The notes below the pieces were generated by a model. It had not been told where the DNA came from, searched no databases, and saw only the letters and a program-made list of their open reading frames with translations. 22,207 nt of DNA from Chlamydiia bacterium. GTDB lineage: Bacteria > Chlamydiota > Chlamydiia > Chlamydiales > Parachlamydiaceae. Positions 15,469-22,207 of this stretch are shown in pieces; within the stretch, counting starts at the first letter, position 1; each line of letters starts with the position of its first letter. The stretch lies in contig JBBSJT010000027.1 of assembly GCA_038257035.1 (NCBI GenBank), forward strand, positions 1-22,207, written 5' to 3'. The translations under genes were made by a program, and so were the position numbers.

Positions 15469-15576
15469 GTAAAAATGGAATATTTTTGAGCAGATTTTGT
15501 GATAAATCGAAGAGGGCCCTATTTATATAGGCCCTCTTCGATTTAGCACGAAAGATGCCAAAAAGAAACATTTTAC
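15469..15576. repeat. Imperfect long palindrome with perfect 16-bp core stem and TATTTATATA loop
   Basis: TAAATCGAAGAGGGCC (15503-15518) pairs with GGCCCTCTTCGATTTA (15530-15545); outer arms are degenerate; lies just past the cmk stop. Confidence 0.85.
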
Positions 15577-15582
15577 TACTTC

Positions 15583-16263
15583 CTACTTCTTGGTTTTAAT
15601 GGTGTCTTTGTATTCGAGGATCTTGAAGACGATTTCATCGACCGTGAGGTTTGTGGTGTCAATTTCGAAGGCATCGGGTGCTTTGCAAAGTGGTGAAACT
15701 TTGCGATTCATATCGTAGGTATCTCTTTTATTAATATCATCGAGAACTTTTTGAGGTGTAAGATCTTTAGATTCTTCAGGAAACCTAACAAGCAGCTCTT
15801 CGTATCGTCGTTTAGCACGCACTTCAGGGCTTCCTTTTAAAAATATTTTTACGTTTGCATCGGGAAAAACGACGGTTCCTAAATCTCTTCCTTCAAAAAC
15901 GGCATTTACACCTACTGCCCATTCTCTTTGGAGGACAACGAGTTTATCTCGGACAGATGGAAGTGCTGCAAGTTTTGAGACAAACGAAGTGACTGCCTCG
16001 CCTCTTATTGCGGTTGTCACATCTTCATCTTCAACAAAATAAAATCTTTCGCCGCGTTTAATTTTAATGTCAAATTTATAGTCCTTTAAAAACGCTTGCA
16101 GAGCTTCTTCGTTATCAACATCTACGTTATGTTTAAGGGCAGCATAGGCCATGCAGCGGTACATGGCACCTGTATCAAAATAAATATAACCAATTTCCCT
16201 TGCAAGATTTTTAGCAATGGTACTTTTCCCGGTTGCAATAGGCCCATCAATTGTAATGATCAT
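15583..16263 (-). CDS. cmk: Cytidylate kinase
   Basis: IDGPIATGKST P-loop, DTGAMYR, EGRDLGTVVFPDA, RAKRR. Confidence 0.97.
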   Translation of the reverse strand: MIITIDGPIATGKSTIAKNLAREIGYIYFDTGAMYRCMAYAALKHNVDVDNEEALQAFLKDYKFDIKIKRGERFYFVEDEDVTTAIRGEAVTSFVSKLAALPSVRDKLVVLQREWAVGVNAVFEGRDLGTVVFPDANVKIFLKGSPEVRAKRRYEELLVRFPEESKDLTPQKVLDDINKRDTYDMNRKVSPLCKAPDAFEIDTTNLTVDEIVFKILEYKDTIKTKK

Positions 16264-16280
16264 AACTTTAACCCTTTAAA

Positions 16281-17153
16281 TTAGACACTAACAGCTTTTA
16301 AATAAATATACATTAATGGTGCCGTAAAAACAAGTGAATCTACAACATCGAGCATTCCACCTAAACCTGGAATGGTATTGCTATCTTTTACACCAACATC
16401 ACGTTTAAGTAAAGATTCTGATAAATCACCAAATTGGGCAATCACACTTAAAACTCCGGCAAGCCAAATGCTATGAAACAACGAAAGATTAATCGGTGGA
16501 ACTTCATACATATAATTAACCAAGAAATAAATAAATAAACCTGTCATTATAGAAGCAAGAAACCCCCCAATTGCTCCTTCCCACGTTTTATTAGGGCTAA
16601 TATAAGGGGCTAACTTGTGCTTGCCAAAAGATTTCCCGATGAAATAAGCTCCGGTATCGGTCATTTTGGTAACAACAATCAAAAAGACGAGCCACCATCT
16701 TCCGTCTTGGGTCGATTCTGTAGGAAAAAAATAAGTAATGTTTAAGAGGCAAGCAAGAGGTAAAGCAAGATAGGCAATTGCAAAAAAAGTAATTGCCGTA
16801 TTTACAAAGAGATTTTCGCCTCTTACAAAATAATTGGTAAAAACAATAAGTCCTGTCAGCACCAGAGCAATGTTTGGTAAAACTTCCATAGCTTTTGACT
16901 GCGTGCTTAAAAAAACTGCTAAAACGTAGGCGATACCGCAAATGATTCCGATGGTATCGAGTGGTAAAAAGCCTTTATTTCTTGCTATTTTGTAATATTC
17001 GTAAATCGCACCGCCAACAACTCCCGATAAGGTTAAGGCAAAAAACGGCCGAAAATAAGGGTAGGAAGACAATCCTATAAATAAAAATAGGACGATTGTT
17101 GCAATGCCTCCAACAAAAAGTCTTTGTTTGGAATGGCTCATTTTTTCTAACAT
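16281..17153 (-). CDS. cdsA: Phosphatidate cytidylyltransferase
   Basis: DTGAYFIG, ISPNKTWEG, GDLSESLLKR and KDS..IPG.GG.LD motifs. Confidence 0.96.
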   Translation of the reverse strand: MLEKMSHSKQRLFVGGIATIVLFLFIGLSSYPYFRPFFALTLSGVVGGAIYEYYKIARNKGFLPLDTIGIICGIAYVLAVFLSTQSKAMEVLPNIALVLTGLIVFTNYFVRGENLFVNTAITFFAIAYLALPLACLLNITYFFPTESTQDGRWWLVFLIVVTKMTDTGAYFIGKSFGKHKLAPYISPNKTWEGAIGGFLASIMTGLFIYFLVNYMYEVPPINLSLFHSIWLAGVLSVIAQFGDLSESLLKRDVGVKDSNTIPGLGGMLDVVDSLVFTAPLMYIYLKAVSV

Positions 17154-17948
17154 TTAGGGTCCTCCAAGTCGTCTATGGCGTTGCTGGTAATTATAAATAG
17201 CCTGAAATAAGTGATTTGGTCTGTAGTCGGGCCAAAGAACGTTAGAAACATAAATTTCTGCGTAAGAAAGCTGCCAAAGCAAAAAATTGCTAATTCTCAT
17301 TTCGCCACTTGTGCGAATAAGCAATTCAGGATCACTCCATTTATGCGTATCCAAATAGCTTGAAACAAGTTCTTGAGTAATGTTTTCTGTCAAAATTTTA
17401 TTTGCTGAACAGTCGGCTGCAATCGTTTGAATGGCTCTGCAAATTTCATCGCGACTTCCGTAATTAATAGCTAAAACCATATCAATTTTTTGACAATGAG
17501 CAGTGGCTTTTTTTGTCTCTTGAATGGTTTGGTATAAACTTGCAGAAACTCCCCTCATATCGCCTATACAATCAAACCTAACTCCACACTTAATCATTTC
17601 AGAACATTTATCGCTTAAGTAATTCTGAATAAGCCACATAAGTCCTGCAACTTCATCAGGGTCTCTATTCCAGTTTTCTGTTGAAAAGGTATAAAAAGTA
17701 AGTGTCTTAACTCCAATCTCTTGGGCTGAATTAACAACATCCATCAAAATATCTGCGCCATGATGATGACCTTCATTTGGATGAAAAGATTCCTTTTTTG
17801 CCCAGCGACGATTGCCATCCGGGATGATGGCAACGTGCTTTGGAATGCGCGTATGATCGAGCAAACTCATCTGTTCTTGACTAAAAAATTGAATAGGATC
17901 TTTTGGAAGAATTTCTTGTTTAAAAACATCTTCTAGCAAAAAATTCAT
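17154..17948 (-). CDS. uppS: Undecaprenyl diphosphate synthase (isoprenyl transferase)
   Basis: PKHVAIIPDGNRRWA, FSTENWNR, RTSGEMRISNFLLWQ. Start set at ATG 17948 (GGAG RBS), which avoids overlap with lepA. Confidence 0.95.
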   Translation of the reverse strand: MNFLLEDVFKQEILPKDPIQFFSQEQMSLLDHTRIPKHVAIIPDGNRRWAKKESFHPNEGHHHGADILMDVVNSAQEIGVKTLTFYTFSTENWNRDPDEVAGLMWLIQNYLSDKCSEMIKCGVRFDCIGDMRGVSASLYQTIQETKKATAHCQKIDMVLAINYGSRDEICRAIQTIAADCSANKILTENITQELVSSYLDTHKWSDPELLIRTSGEMRISNFLLWQLSYAEIYVSNVLWPDYRPNHLFQAIYNYQQRHRRLGGP

Positions 17949-17970
17949 GCTAACTCCTTTAACATATTCA

Positions 17971-19785
17971 TTATTCAGCCCTAAGAACTTCCATAAAGGC
18001 AGTTTGTGGAATGTTGACCTTTCCAACCCCAAACTCTTTCATCTTCTTCTTACCTTTCTTCTGTTTTTCCCAAAGTTTACGCTTACGGCTAATATCACCA
18101 CCATAACACTTTGCCGTCACATTTTTTGTGATTGCACGAATAGTTTCACGTGCAACAACCTTACCGCCGATAGCGGCTTGTACAGGTACTTTAAAAAGCT
18201 GCATCGGAATAACTTCTACAAGTTTAGCACAAATTGCACGTCCCTTGGATTCAGCTTTTGAGCGATGAACAAGACATGAAAAAGCATCGACAGGCTCTTC
18301 GTTGACCCTGATTTCAAGCTTGACGATATCACTTTTTTCATAACATTCGAATTCATAGTCAAATGAGCCGTAACCTTTGGTTATCGATTTTAATTTATCG
18401 TTAAAATCGATGATGATTTCGTTTAATGGGATTTTATAGGTAAGCATGAGTCGTCTTGCATCGACCGTTTCGGTCTTAACGCAGGTTCCTCTCTTTTCAA
18501 GACCCAAACTCATAATCGCACCCATATATTCTGAGGGGGCTAAAATATGGCATTTGACATATGGCTCTTCAACTTTTTCTATTTGCGCAGGATCCGGATA
18601 ATGAGTTGGATTGTCAATTTCTTCGGTGTTACCATTACTTAAAGTAAATTTATAAATTACGCTTGGGGCTGTCGAAATAATATCGAGGTCAAATTCCCTA
18701 ATAATACGTTCTAAAACAATCTCTAAGTGTAGAAGTCCTAAAAATCCACATCTGAATCCGAAACCAAGAGCCATGCTACTCTCTTGCTCCAAGTAAAGTG
18801 CCGAATCGTTTAACTGCAGTTTTTCTAAAGCATCGCGAAGGGCTGAAAAATCAGCCGTATCAACAGGGTAGATACCTGCAAAAACAACAGGTCGGATTGT
18901 TTTAAAGCCAGGAAGAGGCTCTTTAGCTGGATTTTTAACCAGTGTGACTGTATCGCCAATCTTAACATCAGAGGTGATTTTCATGTTGGCGATAACATAA
19001 CCCACTTCGCCCGGCATTAATTTTTCGATCGATTTTTCTTTTGGAATGAAAATTCCCACATCAAGTACTTCAAAAACTTTATCAGTTTGCATCATTTTGA
19101 TGATGGAGCCTTTCTTAAGTTCTCCAGTCATGACACGCACATAAATCATGACACCGCGATAATTATCATAGTGTGAATCAAACACTAGAGCTCTTAATAT
19201 ATCGTCTTCAGGCTCTTTTGGATGTGGAACGACCTTGATAATGCGCTCTAAGATTTCTTGTATTCCAATTCCGGTTTTTGCAGAACAGCCAATAGCTTCT
19301 GAGGCATCAAGCCCGATAAACTCTTCGATCTGTTTTCTAACCCCTTCAATATCGGCGCTTGGTAAATCAATCTTGTTGATTACAGGAACAATTTCAAGAT
19401 TTCTTTCCAATGCCAAATGCACGTTAGCCATGCTTTGTGCCTGGACGCCTTGAGCTGCATCTACAACAAGTATTGCTCCTTCGCAGGCAGCTAAAGATCT
19501 TGATACTTCATAGGTAAAATCCACGTGTCCCGGTGTATCAATCAAATTAATCTGATAGACAATCCCATCATTTGCTTTATAAAGCATAGTAACGGGATGC
19601 GCTTTAATCGTGATCCCTCTTTCTCTTTCAAGGTCCATATCGTCAAGAAGTTGTTCCTGCATATCTCTTTTGGCTACCGTGTGGGTAAGCTCTAATAAGC
19701 GATCGGCTAGTGTGGATTTACCATGATCAATGTGTGCAATAATTGAGAAATTTCTTATATTTTTGATATCGTATTTTTTTTCCAT
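17971..19785 (-). CDS. lepA: Translation elongation factor 4 (LepA)
   Basis: [39 protein letters not shown] and [13 protein letters not shown] motifs. Confidence 0.99.
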   Translation of the reverse strand: MEKKYDIKNIRNFSIIAHIDHGKSTLADRLLELTHTVAKRDMQEQLLDDMDLERERGITIKAHPVTMLYKANDGIVYQINLIDTPGHVDFTYEVSRSLAACEGAILVVDAAQGVQAQSMANVHLALERNLEIVPVINKIDLPSADIEGVRKQIEEFIGLDASEAIGCSAKTGIGIQEILERIIKVVPHPKEPEDDILRALVFDSHYDNYRGVMIYVRVMTGELKKGSIIKMMQTDKVFEVLDVGIFIPKEKSIEKLMPGEVGYVIANMKITSDVKIGDTVTLVKNPAKEPLPGFKTIRPVVFAGIYPVDTADFSALRDALEKLQLNDSALYLEQESSMALGFGFRCGFLGLLHLEIVLERIIREFDLDIISTAPSVIYKFTLSNGNTEEIDNPTHYPDPAQIEKVEEPYVKCHILAPSEYMGAIMSLGLEKRGTCVKTETVDARRLMLTYKIPLNEIIIDFNDKLKSITKGYGSFDYEFECYEKSDIVKLEIRVNEEPVDAFSCLVHRSKAESKGRAICAKLVEVIPMQLFKVPVQAAIGGKVVARETIRAITKNVTAKCYGGDISRKRKLWEKQKKGKKKMKEFGVGKVNIPQTAFMEVLRAE

Positions 19786-19894
19786 AGGCTTTTATTTTAG
19801 TTATTTTTTCTTAAGAAGTCAACTTCCCTTTGCTAGACTGGGATTTTTTTAACACGAAGACACGGAGACACTTTATCGTTTAGAAATTACTGAG

Positions 19895-20010
19895 GTTGTG
19901 ATTTTTTAACGCAAAGGCGCAAAGGCGCAAAGAATTAATAAAAGTACTGAAGCCCTTAAAGATTTATTCCTTCTTTGCGTCTTTGCGCCTTTGCGTTAAA
20001 AAATTACAAC
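19895..20010. repeat. Bipartite inverted-repeat element with (CGCAAAG)x3 arms
   Basis: GTTGTGAT6AACGCAAAGGCGCAAAGGCGCAAAGAA (19895-19934) pairs with 19971-20010 with two mismatches; 36-bp spacer. Confidence 0.93.
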
Positions 20011-20028
20011 TTATGAATTCTTAACGGT

Positions 20029-20658
20029 CTAATGGAGGAGGAAGCAGAGAAGATTTCCTTTTTTAATCGAAATTAAAGTTTCTGATGATAAACAAACATT
20101 TGAGATGCTTAAAAAATTTTCATCAAGCTCTGCATCATTTAATTCCCATTTAAGCCCTTTACTTGTTACTCCTTCAACTTTATTTATCAGGGGTAAAAAA
20201 GAAATTGTTTGCTTTAGGAATGTTTTAATTTTAAAAGAGTTAAATGCTACGGTCTCATCTAGACTAAAGATTGTCTGATCTTCTGTTTCTATAAAAAGTT
20301 TTGCAGGATAGCGACTTAAAAAAGCCAAATTTACAAGTGTATGATCCATTCTATTACCTGTTGCGGCAAAAAGCGTCACTGTGTCGGCCCCTAATGAAAA
20401 TGCATGTTTAATGCTAAGTTCAAGATCTGTTTCATCCTTATCCTTTTTAAATTGCATTTTTGGAACATTTGCAAAAGCATCAAGTGTTTGACTAGTTATA
20501 GAATCAAAATCCCCGATAATTAAATCAGGAGTAACTTTTAAGCGAATACAGTGATTTGCGCCGCCATCCGCTGCGATGATTAAATCAAAAAGCTTTAACT
20601 TTTCAAAAATTACATTGTCATTATTAAGCTGACCATTTGCGATTATTCCTACATTCAT
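20029..20658 (-). CDS. thiN: Thiamine pyrophosphokinase
   Basis: AADGGANH, PDLIIGDFDS, KDETDLE, G.RMDH, GLKWEL and ISN motifs. Confidence 0.93.
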   Translation of the reverse strand: MNVGIIANGQLNNDNVIFEKLKLFDLIIAADGGANHCIRLKVTPDLIIGDFDSITSQTLDAFANVPKMQFKKDKDETDLELSIKHAFSLGADTVTLFAATGNRMDHTLVNLAFLSRYPAKLFIETEDQTIFSLDETVAFNSFKIKTFLKQTISFLPLINKVEGVTSKGLKWELNDAELDENFLSISNVCLSSETLISIKKGNLLCFLLH

Positions 20659-20688
20659 TTAAAAAGTCCTTAAATTTACAAAGTCAAG

Positions 20689-20717
20689 TTGATCATAAAG
20701 TCAAATAATGGTATAAA
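20689..20717 (+). promoter_or_regulatory. Putative sigma70-type promoter of the cysJ-like gene
   Basis: TTGATC-N17-TATAAA with an extended -10 TG. Confidence 0.55.
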
Positions 20718-20757
20718 GGAAGATACTAAAAAAACTTAATAAAGTAATTAAAAAAAA

Positions 20758-21918
20758 ATGATAAACTCAAAAGAAACACAATTTTCTAGAACCAATCCTT
20801 TTATTGCAAAAATTAAGGAACGAAAACGCCTCTCAAAATTAGGTTCTAAAAAAAGCACTCATTATATTTCTCTCGATATCAGCGGATCGGACATCCACTA
20901 CAATGTCGGCGACAGCATCGGAATCTACCCTACCAACGATCCTCAACTAGTGGAATGGACCTTAAAAGCAATGAATGCAACAGGGGATGAACTTGTCACG
21001 GATAAGAATGGTGAAAACTTAAAACCTTTGAAGGTTTTCTTAAAAGAAAAAGCTAATATTACTGAATTTAGTAAAAAGCTTTTGATGGAAATTGCCAACA
21101 AACAAACCGACCCTGTTAAAAAAGCAACACTAGAGACTCTTTTTTTAGATGATCAAAAAGAAGCCTTAAAAGAATTTTTGGCAAGATACGAGCTTTGGCA
21201 TATTCTTGAAGAAAACAAAGAAGCTATCTTTGATATTCAAGAATTGTGCAATCTTTTAATGCCTTTACTACCACGACTTTACTCTATTTCATCTTCAAAA
21301 AATGCTGTTGGAAATGAGGTTCATTTAACTGTTGCAATGCTTGAATATGAAAGCAATCAACTTTTACGTCGTGGTGTCTGCACGCATTATCTTTGTAATT
21401 TGGCCCCATTAAATGATGCGTCTGTCCCCATTTATATTCATCCTCATAACGGCTTTACAATTCCTGAAGATGAGAACACACCGATCATCATGATTGGTCC
21501 AGGCACCGGTATTGCTCCATTTCGCGCCTTTTTACAAGAACGCATACACAAACAAGCAAAAGGCAAGAACTGGCTGATTTTCGGAGAATGGAATCGCAAT
21601 TTTGACTTCTTTTACGAAGATTACTGGAATGAACTTATAGCTTTGAATCAATTGCGTTTGGATTGTGCTTTTTCAAGAGATGAAGCCCATAAGGTATATG
21701 TTCAACATCGTATGCTTGAAAACGGACAAGAAATTTTTGATTGGCTTCAAAACGGAGCTCATTTTTATGTCTGTGGCGATGCAAAACGTATGGCAAAAGA
21801 TGTTGAGGCTACACTACTGCAAATCATTTCAGAATTTGGAAAACTTGATGAAACAGATTCAAAGGCTTATCTAAAAGATCTTCGTGCCAAAAAACGCTAC
21901 CTCCGCGACGTCTATTAA
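20758..21918 (+). CDS. cysJ: Sulfite reductase flavoprotein-like FAD/NADPH oxidoreductase lacking the FMN (flavodoxin) domain
   Basis: PRLYSISSS, GVCT, MIGPGTGIAPFR, YVQ, YVCGDA and C-terminal RYLRDVY; begins directly at SRTNPF. Confidence 0.85.
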   Translation: MINSKETQFSRTNPFIAKIKERKRLSKLGSKKSTHYISLDISGSDIHYNVGDSIGIYPTNDPQLVEWTLKAMNATGDELVTDKNGENLKPLKVFLKEKANITEFSKKLLMEIANKQTDPVKKATLETLFLDDQKEALKEFLARYELWHILEENKEAIFDIQELCNLLMPLLPRLYSISSSKNAVGNEVHLTVAMLEYESNQLLRRGVCTHYLCNLAPLNDASVPIYIHPHNGFTIPEDENTPIIMIGPGTGIAPFRAFLQERIHKQAKGKNWLIFGEWNRNFDFFYEDYWNELIALNQLRLDCAFSRDEAHKVYVQHRMLENGQEIFDWLQNGAHFYVCGDAKRMAKDVEATLLQIISEFGKLDETDSKAYLKDLRAKKRYLRDVY

Positions 21919-21999
21919 ACTTAGGGTAGTCAACGTTTTTTTACCACAGAGCACACCAATGTTGGGGGTGGGGAAGAAGAACTAAAAGCTTATAAATGC

Positions 22000-22165
22000 C
22001 TAGTACACTGTAAGGTAATTCCGTACCCGGAAAACATCTTCAAAGCCCCGGGGTTCGATCGATCAAAATCGGGTCCATATTTATATATTAACCCGATTTT
22101 GATCGTCGAACCGCGGGAGCTTTCACGAAGTTTAACGGGCACGGACTTAACTTACAGTGTACTAG
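22000..22165. repeat. RPE-like 166-bp imperfect palindrome with CTAG termini and TATTTATATA loop
   Basis: Arms of about 75 bp. Terminal 15 bp (CTAGTACACTGTAAG) and inner 15 bp (CGATCAAAATCGGGT) are perfect; 16-nt loop. Confidence 0.92.
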
Positions 22166-22207
22166 TATCTGATTTTCACCAGTGAGGCAGTGAGAAAGAC
22201 AGGAGGA

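Noticed and set aside
17949..18032. N-terminal extension of uppS overlapping lepA
   Set aside because: ATG 17948 has a GGAG RBS and gives a normal-length protein without overlap.
896..21874. Remaining short ORFs nested in or antisense to housekeeping genes (e.g. 896-1105, 3133-3477, 12623-12913, 16597-16941, 17947-18261, 21665-21874)
   Set aside because: Shadow ORFs of well-supported genes, with no motifs.
22000..22165. Integron attC or protelomerase target site
   Set aside because: No RYYYAAC/GTTRRRY ends, no integrase or telomere resolvase gene nearby, and the centre is an unpaired loop rather than a perfect palindrome.
1..22207. DGR template region, reverse transcriptase or Avd gene in the window
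   Set aside because: No AAC-rich near-copy of 10528-10620 was found by eye on either strand, and no ORF has RT motifs. The DGR core, if it exists, is elsewhere.

Overview
AT-rich bacterial chromosome segment, most likely from an environmental member of the Chlamydiota (Parachlamydiales-like). This is inferred from the ruvC-ruvA pair without ruvB, the uppS-cdsA-cmk-plsC order, the unusually long OppA/B/C proteins, a flavodoxin-less CysJ and an F-box gene. The housekeeping backbone is ruvA, ruvC, DUF47, a Pit phosphate permease, oppC/B/A, a TauE/DsbD_2-type membrane protein, gnd, plsC, cmk, cdsA, uppS, lepA, thiN and a cysJ-like reductase. Two things stand out. (1) A stand-alone F-box effector-like gene (10525-11358, minus) ends in 31 codons that look like the variable region (VR) of a diversity-generating retroelement (DGR) target. 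They are 59% GC, include nine consecutive NNC codons, have no A in any third position, carry a CLec-type GG...IG...R motif, and are followed by heptamer repeats. No template region or reverse transcriptase lies in the window, so the DGR reading is an inference. (2) Most of the larger intergenic gaps are filled with palindromic elements of at least three families: T-run/ACCGC-ended elements built from 8-9-mer repeats, a REPIN-like multi-hairpin element, and long RPE-like palindromes sharing a TATTTATATA loop. These are often stacked or nested.
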